Notes: generated by a model from the sequence alone, not told the origin. A stretch of 32,000 nucleotides of DNA from Patescibacteria group bacterium (GCA_041662745.1 JBAZRV010000003.1:60001-92000), one strand, 5' to 3'; counted from the stretch's first letter, positions 8,092 to 16,936 are shown. Numbers and translations: made by a program.

Positions 8092-8802
8092 ATGAAAAAC
8101 AAATATTTGTTAATCGCTTTAATTATTTGCTCTGTTGCTTTAACCGGTTGCGGGATCCAGAAGGATGAAGTCAAAGAGGCCGTGCCGGCCGGGAGCGTTG
8201 CGGTTATCGGTCGGACAGTAACTGAATCGCCGGCCAGTCCGGCTGATGCCAGTTCCAGCCAAGCAACCTCATCCGCCACAATTATTAATAAAACACTTAC
8301 TATGCCGGAAATTATTATTGATCAAAGCAAAACTTATACCGCCGTTTTGCACACCGACCGGGGCGATATTACCGTCGCTTTAAACGCCAAAGCCACGCCG
8401 ATCACCGTTAATAACTTTGTTTATTTGGCTAAGAATAATTTTTATGATAACACGATCTTTCATCGCGTGATTAAGGACTTCATGATCCAGGGCGGCGATC
8501 CCAAAGGTGATGGCACCGGCGGGCCGGGCTACAAGTTTGCCGATGAAAAATTTACCGGCGAATATGCCCGCGGCACGCTGGCGATGGCTAACTCCGGACC
8601 CAACACCAATGGTTCGCAATTCTTCATTATGCACGCCGATGTGCCCTTGCAGAAAGATTATGTCATTTTCGGCCGCGTTACCAAGGGATTGGACGTGGTG
8701 GATAAAATTGCCACCGCAGCGACGACTCTGGGCGCTGATGGCGCCATGTCCAAGCCGGTTACTCCGGTTAAGGTTAATTCCATAGAAATAATTGAGAAAT
8801 AA
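8092..8802 (+). CDS. Cyclophilin-type peptidyl-prolyl isomerase lipoprotein
   Basis: Signal peptide with lipobox LTGC; FHRVIKDFMIQGGDPKGDGTGGPGYKF and GSQFFI motifs. Confidence 0.93.
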   Translation: MKNKYLLIALIICSVALTGCGIQKDEVKEAVPAGSVAVIGRTVTESPASPADASSSQATSSATIINKTLTMPEIIIDQSKTYTAVLHTDRGDITVALNAKATPITVNNFVYLAKNNFYDNTIFHRVIKDFMIQGGDPKGDGTGGPGYKFADEKFTGEYARGTLAMANSGPNTNGSQFFIMHADVPLQKDYVIFGRVTKGLDVVDKIATAATTLGADGAMSKPVTPVKVNSIEIIEK

Positions 8803-8812
8803 TTTAATAATT

Positions 8813-9283
8813 ATGAAAAAATTATTGTTAATTTTGCCGATCCTCGCTTTAATTTTAGCCGGTTGCGGCCGGGCCGACCAAGGCAAAGTTACTGTTGGCG
8901 ATGTGGCCAATACTTATAATGCCGCTCAAGAGCTTAATCAGGATATGAATGATCCCAATAAGATATCCTCCGAAGATAACGTGGAAAATATTTATACGAT
9001 TATGAATTATCAGGGTAATGAAGCCAAAGAAACAGTTAAAACGGCGATCAGGGCGGGGATAGAAGACGGTAAGGCCCAAGGCGAGCTGGATAAGGAATTA
9101 ATAAAAACCTCGGCCGCTAATAATAACGACTTAGGCACCGGTTATATGCTGGGCTATGTTTTTGGCTGCAAGGCCGTTACCGGCAATGAGGATAAGTGCA
9201 ATGATGATATGGGTGAAAAATACCAAGCGATCATGGTGGAGGAGATGCAGAAACAATTCCAAAACATGGGCGTGACCCAATAA
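8813..9283 (+). CDS. Hypothetical lipoprotein
   Basis: MKKLLLILPILALILAGC lipobox; start chosen at internal ATG 8813. Confidence 0.75.
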   Translation: MKKLLLILPILALILAGCGRADQGKVTVGDVANTYNAAQELNQDMNDPNKISSEDNVENIYTIMNYQGNEAKETVKTAIRAGIEDGKAQGELDKELIKTSAANNNDLGTGYMLGYVFGCKAVTGNEDKCNDDMGEKYQAIMVEEMQKQFQNMGVTQ

Positions 9284-9309
9284 TATTTTAGATTTTTATA
9301 ACCAATTTT

Positions 9310-10563
9310 ATGTTAGACATTAAACAGCTCCGCGAGAATACGGAGAAAATCAAGGAGGCCTTGTTAAAAAGAATGGATAAAAAGGTTTTGGAATCCGCTT
9401 TGGACAAGATTTTGAAATTGGACAATGAGCGCCGTGAAGTTCTGCAGAAGGCCGAGGATTTGAAATCCGAACGCAATAAAGCGTCAAAAACCAAACCCAC
9501 TCCGGAGATTATTGAACAGATGAAATCCGTAGGGGAGGAAATTAAGGCCCTGGACACCCAATTGGCGGGGATTGAGGCTGATTTTGAATTGGCGATGGCC
9601 GAATTGCCGAATGCTCCGGCCGATGATGTTTTGCCCGGCGATAAAGAAAACAATAAAGTCATCAGAACCTCCGGCGATAAGCCGAAATTCAAATTTGAGC
9701 CCAAGGATCATGTGGAATTGGCGACTGAATTGGGATTGATTGATTATGAAAGGGGAGTGAAGATGTCCGGTTCCGGTTTTTGGATTTATAAGGGGCAAGG
9801 CGCGCTTTTGGAGTGGGCGTTATTGAATTATTTTTTGGATTTTCACACTAAGAACGGCTATACTTTTATTTTGCCGCCGTATTTATTGACCGAGAAGTCC
9901 GCCTATACCTCCGGCCATTTGCCGAAATTCCGCGACGATCTGTTCTGGACGCAGGATCAGCTTTGCCTTAATGCCACCTCCGAAATGATGCTGGGCAATT
10001 ATCATCGCGATGAAATTCTGGAAGAAAAAGAATTACCGCTTAAATATTGCGCTTATTCCGCCTGTTTCCGCCGTGAAGCCGGTTCTTATCGCAAGGAGGA
10101 GCGGGGGATGATTCGCGGGCATCAATTCAATAAGATTGAAATGTTTCAATTCACCAAGGTCGGAGAGTCCTGGCCGGCTTTTGACGAGTTGACTCGCAAT
10201 GCCGAGGCGCTGGTGGAAGGTTTGGGTTTGCATTTTCAAACAGTCCAGTTGGCGGCCGGCGATGCTTCCGCGGCCATGGCCAAGACCATTGATATTGAGG
10301 TGTGGATTCCGTCCATGGGTATCTATAAAGAAGTCTCCTCGGCTTCCAATGCCCTGGATTATCAGGCGCGCCGCGGCAATATACGCTACAAAGATACCAC
10401 CACCGGCAAAAATGAGTATGTCCATACTCTTAATGCTTCCGGATTGGCTACCAGCCGCTTATTCCCGGCCATTTTGGAACAATTCCAGCAAGCTGACGGT
10501 TCAGTGATTATTCCCGAGGTTCTGCGCCAATGGACGGGATTTGACAAGATTAAGAAGAGATAA
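9310..10563 (+). CDS. serS: Serine--tRNA ligase
   Basis: N-terminal coiled coil; FRREAGSYRKEERGMIRGHQF; motif 3 NASGLATSRLFPAILE. Confidence 0.97.
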   Translation: MLDIKQLRENTEKIKEALLKRMDKKVLESALDKILKLDNERREVLQKAEDLKSERNKASKTKPTPEIIEQMKSVGEEIKALDTQLAGIEADFELAMAELPNAPADDVLPGDKENNKVIRTSGDKPKFKFEPKDHVELATELGLIDYERGVKMSGSGFWIYKGQGALLEWALLNYFLDFHTKNGYTFILPPYLLTEKSAYTSGHLPKFRDDLFWTQDQLCLNATSEMMLGNYHRDEILEEKELPLKYCAYSACFRREAGSYRKEERGMIRGHQFNKIEMFQFTKVGESWPAFDELTRNAEALVEGLGLHFQTVQLAAGDASAAMAKTIDIEVWIPSMGIYKEVSSASNALDYQARRGNIRYKDTTTGKNEYVHTLNASGLATSRLFPAILEQFQQADGSVIIPEVLRQWTGFDKIKKR

Positions 10564-10578
10564 ATAATCGATGGATTT

Positions 10579-11157
10579 ATGGGAAAAATATTTATTGTCA
10601 GGCACGGGCAAGATACTGATAATGTAGCCAAGATTTTAAACGGCCGCCGGGATACGGAGTTGACCGACTTAGGCAGGAAACAAGCCAAAGAAACGGCTAA
10701 AAAGCTTTCCACCGAATATTCCATTAAAATAATCTATTCGTCGCCGCTTAAGAGATGCTACGAAACAGCTCGCATTATTGCTGAATTTTTGCATGTTGAC
10801 GAGATTGTAGTTGACGAGCATTTAATAGAAAGAGAATTCGGAATTTTAACCGGCAAGCCATTGGCTGACATACCCAAATACAGCAATAAGATTCTGCATA
10901 GCGACGGGGTGAATTATTTTTTGGAAGCGGACGGCGCCGAGGATTTTCCTGCTGCTTATGAGAGAGGAAAAAAGATCTTGGACGAGATAAGAGAAAGGCA
11001 TCCCCAAGATAATATTTTAATCGTTACTCATGGCGATACCGGCAAGATGATTCGCGCCGCCTTTCATGATTGGGGCTGGGAGAAAGGATTAATGATGCCA
11101 TATTTTGATAATGCTTCAGTTTTGGAGCTTTTTAACACGCAAGATATTATCAAATAA
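10579..11157 (+). CDS. Histidine phosphatase (phosphoglycerate mutase-like) family protein
   Basis: IFIVRHGQDTDN, YSSPLKRCYETA, ILIVTHGDTGKMI. Confidence 0.92.
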   Translation: MGKIFIVRHGQDTDNVAKILNGRRDTELTDLGRKQAKETAKKLSTEYSIKIIYSSPLKRCYETARIIAEFLHVDEIVVDEHLIEREFGILTGKPLADIPKYSNKILHSDGVNYFLEADGAEDFPAAYERGKKILDEIRERHPQDNILIVTHGDTGKMIRAAFHDWGWEKGLMMPYFDNASVLELFNTQDIIK

Positions 11158-11171
11158 ATTAGGAATGCAGC

Positions 11172-12020
11172 ATGATCAAGGATTATTCTTATTCCGGCGG
11201 GAAGGCGGGAGTCAAGAAGGATTACCAAGTCAAGAATTTCAACAATCCCTATTTCCATCCGGAGAAAAAAAGCCTGACTAAGCACTTCAACACCAAGCTG
11301 TATCTGCAGATCCTCTTGGCTCTTTTTTTATTGTACGTGATTATTTATAGCGATTTGTTTAAGATTGCCGCTGTCGGTATTTCCGGCACTGATTTGATCG
11401 ATCAGAATGAGATCAGATCCATGGCCGAGAAAGAACTCAGCGGTTATAAGCTGTTTCTGTTTCCTCGCCGCAATATGATTTTTTTCAACCAGAAAAAGCT
11501 GGAGCGGGAAATCAACAGCCGTTATGCCCTGAATAAACTGGAAATCAAAAAGAGCTGGCATCGTTTGGACATTAATTTGGAAGAAAAAGTCGCTTATCTT
11601 ATTGCCACCGACAACCAGAGATCTTATTTTGTTGATCTGACCGGCACAATCATTAAAGAGTTGTCGCCCCAAGAGGTGATTGACTACTCGCCGCGTTTTC
11701 CCAGCTTGATTTTGATGTCAGAAATAAAAATCGGCGATAAGCCGATCTCCGGGAGATTCGTCAATTATGTTTTGGAATTGGATAATGATTTGCAGAGCCA
11801 CGGCATTAAGGTTAAGGATTATCAGGGCGGGGGAGTGGATCAGGTGTTTATGAACGCTGAGGCGGGCTGGCAAGCCAAGTTTTCCATTAATACCAATATC
11901 AAGTTCTCTCTTGAGAATCTCTACTTCTTTTTGGACAAGAAGCTCAAAGGCAAAACATTTCAATATATTGATTTGCGCATCGGGGATCATGTTTATGTTT
12001 TTCCGGAGCAGGGAATATAA
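11172..12020 (+). CDS. FtsQ/DivIB-like POTRA-domain cell division protein
   Basis: Single N-terminal TM, then a POTRA-like segment (FKIAAVGISGTDLID...) and LATDNQRSYFVDLTGTIIKEL-like FtsQ signature. Confidence 0.7.
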   Translation: MIKDYSYSGGKAGVKKDYQVKNFNNPYFHPEKKSLTKHFNTKLYLQILLALFLLYVIIYSDLFKIAAVGISGTDLIDQNEIRSMAEKELSGYKLFLFPRRNMIFFNQKKLEREINSRYALNKLEIKKSWHRLDINLEEKVAYLIATDNQRSYFVDLTGTIIKELSPQEVIDYSPRFPSLILMSEIKIGDKPISGRFVNYVLELDNDLQSHGIKVKDYQGGGVDQVFMNAEAGWQAKFSINTNIKFSLENLYFFLDKKLKGKTFQYIDLRIGDHVYVFPEQGI

Positions 12021-12030
12021 TTTTTATTAT

Positions 12031-12060
12031 TTGCTTTAGTTTACGCCTTTGTTATATAAT
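12031..12060 (+). promoter_or_regulatory. Predicted promoter for the tyrosine recombinase gene
   Basis: TTGCTT (12031-12036), 18-nt spacer, TATAAT (12055-12060). Confidence 0.55.
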
Positions 12061-12067
12061 ATATTTA

Positions 12068-12095
12068 ACTTCGTATAACGCAGGATAACCGATGT
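12068..12095. promoter_or_regulatory. Candidate dif-like Xer site (speculative)
   Basis: ACTTCGTATAA-CGCAGG-ATAACCGATGT: 11+6+11 architecture with partially inverted arms, directly upstream of xer. Confidence 0.2.
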
Positions 12096-12122
12096 AGTAT
12101 TATCAAATAATGCCTAGTAACT

Positions 12123-13091
12123 ATGAAAAAGTCATCAGAACCGTTAATTAAACACATTAATGACTTTTTGGATTACGTGGAGGTGGAAAAGGGTCTTTCC
12201 CCCGTTTCTGCCAAGAATTACCATAACTTTCTCAAAGTGTTTATTGTTTGGCTTAAGGATAACAATTTGGCTCAGATTAAGCCTCACGAGTTGGATAGCA
12301 AGCATATCTGGGACTTCCGTCTCTATTTATCCCATAAAAAGGACCAGCGGGGTCAATATTTAAAAAAGACCACCCAGAGCTATTATTTGAGAGCTTTGAG
12401 GCAATTGTTGAATTATTTTGCTGAGAAGGATATCAGTTCCCTGCCCGCAGAAAAAATCAAATTGCCGAAACTGACTGATAAAGACAGGCAAATAAAATTT
12501 TTGTCTTACAGCCAAGTTGAACATTTATTGTCAATGCCGGACTTGAATGACGTTTCCGGATTGCGTGATCGGGTTATCTTGGAAGTTCTCTTTTCTACCG
12601 GCATGCGCGTGGCTGAATTAACTTCGCTTAACTTGAAACAGTTTGATTTGAGAATGATTTTAAATAATAAGATTAAGGATTTGGAATTATCAATAGCCGG
12701 CAAGGGCGGTAAGGTCAGGACGATTTATTTTTCACCCCGAGCCATTAAATACTTGTCGTTATATTTGAAAACACGCCAGGAGGACATGCTCGCTCCCCTG
12801 TTTATCAATTATAGCCGTAATACCGGCGATAAAGGCGAACGTCGTCTGACTCCCCGAGCAATTGAAAATTTGGTTAAAAAGTATACGGTCATGGCCGGCT
12901 TGCCGATTGATGCCACGCCCCACACCCTTAGGCACAGTTATGCTACCGATTTATTGGAACAAGGGGCTGATTTGAGATCGGTTCAGGAGTTGCTGGGCCA
13001 TAGCAATGTGGCCACCACCCAGATTTATACCCACGTTACTAATCCTCGGTTAAGGGATGTTTATAAAAAATTCCATAGTGGCAGTAAATAA
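12123..13091 (+). CDS. Tyrosine recombinase, XerC/XerD-like
   Basis: FSTGMRVAEL, GKGGKVRTI, HTLRHSYATDLLEQG, LLGHSNVATTQIYTHV: full R-K-HxxR-H-Y set. Confidence 0.95.
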   Translation: MKKSSEPLIKHINDFLDYVEVEKGLSPVSAKNYHNFLKVFIVWLKDNNLAQIKPHELDSKHIWDFRLYLSHKKDQRGQYLKKTTQSYYLRALRQLLNYFAEKDISSLPAEKIKLPKLTDKDRQIKFLSYSQVEHLLSMPDLNDVSGLRDRVILEVLFSTGMRVAELTSLNLKQFDLRMILNNKIKDLELSIAGKGGKVRTIYFSPRAIKYLSLYLKTRQEDMLAPLFINYSRNTGDKGERRLTPRAIENLVKKYTVMAGLPIDATPHTLRHSYATDLLEQGADLRSVQELLGHSNVATTQIYTHVTNPRLRDVYKKFHSGSK

Positions 13092-13102
13092 ACAGCCAAT
13101 AA

Positions 13103-13130
13103 AAAACAACCGGCCATGGCCGGTTGTTTT
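13103..13130. terminator. Bidirectional terminator, perfect 28-bp palindrome
   Basis: AAAACAACCGGCCA|TGGCCGGTTGTTTT between convergent genes. Confidence 0.85.
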
Positions 13131-13149
13131 GTTAAGACTCAATCTTAGT

Positions 13150-13374
13150 TTACTCCTCATCATCCGTGTTCTCATCTTCCTCTTCCTCTTTCTTTTCATC
13201 CCCATCTACTCCCCCAACATCTTCCTCATCATCGGCATTGGAGTCGTCGATCATGTTGCTGCAGCCGCAAGAGCAGTCCGGGCCGCAAGCGCAACAATGG
13301 AAGCAGAGCGAGGTGTCGCAACTGCATTTGCTGTCGTCACTAACGGGCATACCGCATTTGACGCATGTGTCCAT
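13150..13374 (-). CDS. Cysteine-rich, acidic-tailed mini-protein (putative metal binding)
   Basis: MDTCVKCGMPVSDDSKCSCDTSLCFHCCACGPDCSCGCSNM then a Glu/Asp tail; TATAAT upstream on the minus strand (13421-13426). Confidence 0.6.
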   Translation of the reverse strand: MDTCVKCGMPVSDDSKCSCDTSLCFHCCACGPDCSCGCSNMIDDSNADDEEDVGGVDGDEKKEEEEDENTDDEE

Positions 13375-13496
13375 ACATTTAAAATGGTTATTTTTATTAG
13401 GGTTTTTTTACCCCTTTTAAATTATATCAAAGATAATAAGAAAAATAAATATGGCTGTCAACCCCATTAAAAGTATTTTTGGTTTGAGCTTAGATT

Positions 13497-14726
13497 TTAT
13501 GGCAGATAGTTAAGGGGGTCAACAGGAATGCCATTGGCCCTAACCTCAAAATGAAGATGCGGCCCGGAAGAAAAGCCGGTACTGCCTGATAGGCCGATCA
13601 ATTGTCCTTTGGTGACATATTCATCACTGTCTACGTTAATGGAACTTAGATGGGCGTAAAGGGTGGAAATATTGTTGCCATGAATAATCATGATGTAATT
13701 GCCGTACCATTTGGTATTCCGACCGATTGTCGCTACATAGCCGGTGTCGGCGGCCTTGACTGGCGTGCCGGTTTTGATGCCGATATCGATGCCGGAATGT
13801 TCAAAGAGATAGCGGTAAGGGTATTCAGGATCATGGAAAACGCAAGTTAGCCTTTGGCTGGCCGTCGGCCAATTTAGCGCCGCCGCCCCCAATTGGTTAA
13901 AGCGCTCCTTTTCTCCCTTTTTAGCTAATTGATCGCGAAGCTTTTTTTCCAGGGTGGCAACCTGAGCGTTGGCCGCGGCTTGCTCCTTTTTTAAATCAGT
14001 AATCAGCGTCTGGAATTTTTTTTCTGATTTTTTGGTTTCCGTAACCAGGTAGTTTTTTTCCTGCTTTTTGTTGTTCAATATGGATTTTTCGTCTTCCAGT
14101 TTATTTAGGATGTCGGCTAACCGTTGTTTATTTTTATCCAATTCTTTTTTTTGATCGATTAGTTTATCGCTTAGCTCTTGCAAGCGATTAAGCGTTTTTT
14201 GCAAGTCGCTTCTGATATCCTCGGAATATTTTATTTGATCAAAAAATTCAGAGAATGAATTATTGCCTAAAAGTATGGAAATGTAGTCTTTATCATCATA
14301 CCGGGCTATTAGGCGCAAGACATTGCCTAATTTATCCTTTTCATTTTCCATCAAACCCTCATTTTTTTTGATATTGATGTTGGTACGCTCAATTTCCAGC
14401 TGGACTTCCTTGGCCTCCTCTTCTTTAATTTGGATATCTAAATCTGTTTTGCCGATTTGGTTGCTTAATATGTTTAATTGGTTTTGCAAGCTGACCTGTT
14501 CTAAGCGATTGTTTTTTACGTTAGTTTGATATTCGGTTATTTGTTGAGTCAGTTGGTCTATTTTGGCTTTTTGCGCTTCTATTTGTTTGTTAAGCTCAGC
14601 AGTCGCCGCCTGATCATCGGTACTCCCCTGCTCTGTTGCCGCCTGGACAACTTGAAGAATGCCAAAAACAGCCAAAATAGCCAGGCCTGCGGTTAAGATT
14701 ATTTTTTTGGTTAGATTATTCGGCAT
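13497..14726 (-). CDS. EnvC-like murein hydrolase activator / M23 peptidase with long coiled coil
   Basis: Signal peptide, long coiled coil, M23 motifs HSGIDIG and HLHFEVR. Confidence 0.92.
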   Translation of the reverse strand: MPNNLTKKIILTAGLAILAVFGILQVVQAATEQGSTDDQAATAELNKQIEAQKAKIDQLTQQITEYQTNVKNNRLEQVSLQNQLNILSNQIGKTDLDIQIKEEEAKEVQLEIERTNINIKKNEGLMENEKDKLGNVLRLIARYDDKDYISILLGNNSFSEFFDQIKYSEDIRSDLQKTLNRLQELSDKLIDQKKELDKNKQRLADILNKLEDEKSILNNKKQEKNYLVTETKKSEKKFQTLITDLKKEQAAANAQVATLEKKLRDQLAKKGEKERFNQLGAAALNWPTASQRLTCVFHDPEYPYRYLFEHSGIDIGIKTGTPVKAADTGYVATIGRNTKWYGNYIMIIHGNNISTLYAHLSSINVDSDEYVTKGQLIGLSGSTGFSSGPHLHFEVRANGIPVDPLNYLP

Positions 14727-14738
14727 TTTCTTTATTAT

Positions 14739-14767
14739 ATTATAGCAGTCTAGTCAATATTTGACAA
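14739..14767 (-). promoter_or_regulatory. Predicted promoter for the M23 peptidase
   Basis: Minus-strand TTGTCA (14762-14767), 17-nt spacer, TATAAT (14739-14744). Confidence 0.65.
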
Positions 14768-14789
14768 AGACCGGCATAAGTATTAAGAT
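14761..14789 (+). promoter_or_regulatory. Predicted promoter for the 14887 gene
   Basis: TTGACA (14761-14766), 17-nt spacer, TAAGAT (14784-14789). Confidence 0.6.
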
Positions 14790-14886
14790 GGGCAAATCAT
14801 GGCACTTTATAAATAAACTGTAAAATAAGTTAAGATTTGTTGTTGTGAACGGGCAATATAATCAATCAAGTGGAGGACCAAAGACC

Positions 14887-15114
14887 ATGGCGATTTTAGA
14901 AGCGGATGGACAAATCATTTGTGATGGCATGAGAGAGGGCAGGAAGTGCCGGCGACAATTTAATATTATTAGGCCGTCGGCTGCGGCGATTGTCAGAAGT
15001 TCATTGGATTATTGGCGTAACGTATTGCAGCAAGCGCTGGATTGCAATTGGACTTATAACAGGGTGTCAAGGAAAATTTTTTGTCCTAAATGTTCTCAAA
15101 TCAGACAGCCCTGA
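14887..15114 (+). CDS. Small hypothetical protein with Cys pairs (zinc-ribbon-like)
   Basis: GTGGAGGACC RBS region; C...C and FCPKC; start at internal ATG 14887. Confidence 0.6.
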   Translation: MAILEADGQIICDGMREGRKCRRQFNIIRPSAAAIVRSSLDYWRNVLQQALDCNWTYNRVSRKIFCPKCSQIRQP

Positions 15115-15141
15115 TTAAAAGACTAAAAGGAGGCGCCGATA

Positions 15142-15351
15142 ATGGTAATATTTGCCGTTTTATGCTTGTTAGCTTTGACGATTTTCTTCTTTCTTTATGC
15201 TTTCGCGGCTTCTTATAATGACGGATTTGAAGAGGGCGCAGTCTATGCCTTGTTGTTTATCGGCGTATGCTTAACGGTTTGTGATGTTGTACTTTTGGTA
15301 TTTATAATTATATATTTCGTAACTCTCACGCCGCCCATTCCAGTGTTATAA
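15142..15351 (+). CDS. Small hypothetical membrane protein
   Basis: Two hydrophobic segments; AAAAGGAGG RBS upstream. Confidence 0.65.
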   Translation: MVIFAVLCLLALTIFFFLYAFAASYNDGFEEGAVYALLFIGVCLTVCDVVLLVFIIIYFVTLTPPIPVL

Positions 15352-15407
15352 TTTCCGATCTAACACAGCCGCAACCATTACAATCATTGTTCAATAGGAC
15401 ATTCACA

Positions 15408-15440
15408 AATACAGCGCCCTGCTGAGGCGCTGTATTTTTT
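15408..15440 (+). terminator. Rho-independent terminator (possibly bidirectional)
   Basis: AATACAGCGCC-CTGCTGA-GGCGCTGTATT followed by T-run. Confidence 0.85.
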
Positions 15441-15448
15441 ATTGTTTT

Positions 15449-16936
15449 TTAAGATAATTTTTTAATCGCTTCATTGATTCTCTTTAGGGTTTTTTCTTTG
15501 CCTAAAATTTCAGCGATTTCAAATGGCGTCGGAGATTTTTCCTGGCCGGTCAGGGCGGCTCTTAGTGGCCAAAGAACCTCGCCGTTAGTCAACCCAGATT
15601 TTTTAATCCAAGCCAATAATGATTTTTCCAAGTTGTTTTTAGACCAATCAGTCAGTCGTTCTAATTCTTCGGCCGTTAAGGACAGGTTCTTTAGAGTCGT
15701 TTGTTGGTCGGATTTTTTCCAAATCAGCAGTTCGGGGCGGTATTCCAACTTATCCGTAAATAGGAATTTAATCCCCTCTCCCGCCTCAGAAAGTTTGCTT
15801 ATGCGCTCCTGCTCAATCGCTAATATTTTTTCGATTTCGAGGCCTTCGGGCAATGCCCCAATATTCTTTTCTAAGTATGGTCGAGCTAATTGAACAAATT
15901 TTGTGTTCGGAAGTTTTTTAATGTATTCGCCGTTAAGCCAGTCCAATTTTTGCTGGTCAAAGATCGCCCCGGCTTTATGCACCTTAGCCAGGGAGAATTG
16001 TTTGATTAACTCGTCTAAGCTGAATATCTCTTGCTCGGTTCCCGGATTCCACCCCAGCAGCGCTACATAATTTATTAGCGCTTCCGGCAAGTAGCCGGCT
16101 TTCATGTAGTCTTCTACGGCCACGTCGCCCTGCCGTTTGGACAGTTTGGATCTGTCTTTGTTTAGGATTAGCGGCAGATGAGCATAAGCGGGCGCCGTCC
16201 AGCCGAAGCATTCAAATAGGATAATATGTTTGGGCGTGGATGGTAGCCATTCTTCGGCGCGAATAATATGAGTTGATTCCATTAAATGATCATCAACCAC
16301 GTGCGCCAAATGGTAAGTGGGAAAGCCGTCAGCCTTAAGCAAGACTTGGTCGTCTAATTCCTTAGTGTTGATTTTGACCTTGCCCCTGACCAAATCATTG
16401 AATTCCACTTCTTTATCTTCCGGCATTTTCATCCTAATAACGTGCTTTTCGCCTTGGGCCAAGCGGTCTTTAATTTCTGTCGCGGACAATTTTTTACATT
16501 GGCCGTCGTAACGGGTGGGGCGTTTGAGTTCCTCTTGCTCCCGTCTCAATTTCTCCAGCCTTTCGGGGGTGCAAAAGCAGTGGTAGGCGTAACCTTGGTC
16601 AACCAGCTCCCGGGCGTATTTCTGGTATAAATCAAGGCGTTTGGATTGCGTGTAGGGGCCAAATTTGCCCTTTTCAGCGGGTTTTCCTGCAGAATCCAGT
16701 AAAACACCTTCATCCGGCTCAATACCCGCCCATTTTAATACTTTTAACAGGTTTTCTACCGCTCCCGAAACTTCCCGGCTTTGGTCGGTGTCTTCAATGC
16801 GCAGAAAAAAAGTCCCGCCGTTTTGTTTGGCGAATAAGTATTCATACAGGGCGCTGCGCAAACTGCCCAAGTGCACATAGCCGGTCGGGCTGGGCGCGAA
16901 ACGCGTGCGGATTTTTGACTTGAATAAATTGAACAT
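15449..16936 (-). CDS. gltX: Glutamate--tRNA ligase
   Basis: RFAPSPTGYVHLGSLRSALYEYLFAK; KLSKRQGD. Confidence 0.96.
   Translation of the reverse strand: MFNLFKSKIRTRFAPSPTGYVHLGSLRSALYEYLFAKQNGGTFFLRIEDTDQSREVSGAVENLLKVLKWAGIEPDEGVLLDSAGKPAEKGKFGPYTQSKRLDLYQKYARELVDQGYAYHCFCTPERLEKLRREQEELKRPTRYDGQCKKLSATEIKDRLAQGEKHVIRMKMPEDKEVEFNDLVRGKVKINTKELDDQVLLKADGFPTYHLAHVVDDHLMESTHIIRAEEWLPSTPKHIILFECFGWTAPAYAHLPLILNKDRSKLSKRQGDVAVEDYMKAGYLPEALINYVALLGWNPGTEQEIFSLDELIKQFSLAKVHKAGAIFDQQKLDWLNGEYIKKLPNTKFVQLARPYLEKNIGALPEGLEIEKILAIEQERISKLSEAGEGIKFLFTDKLEYRPELLIWKKSDQQTTLKNLSLTAEELERLTDWSKNNLEKSLLAWIKKSGLTNGEVLWPLRAALTGQEKSPTPFEIAEILGKEKTLKRINEAIKKLS

Noticed and set aside
12066-12078. loxP-like arm TTAACTTCGTATA
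   Set aside because: Only one half-site matches a loxP arm and the recombinase is XerC/D-like, not Cre; kept only as part of the dif-like candidate.
13166-13420. Plus-strand Ser-rich ORF (MFSSSSSSFFSSPSTPPTSSSSS...)
   Set aside because: The Ser run is the reverse reading of the GAA/GAT-rich acidic tail of the minus-strand gene.
13057-13470. 137-aa plus-strand ORF spanning the xer terminator
   Set aside because: It overlaps the end of xer and a bidirectional terminator, and reads the acidic tail codons of the Cys-rich gene in reverse.
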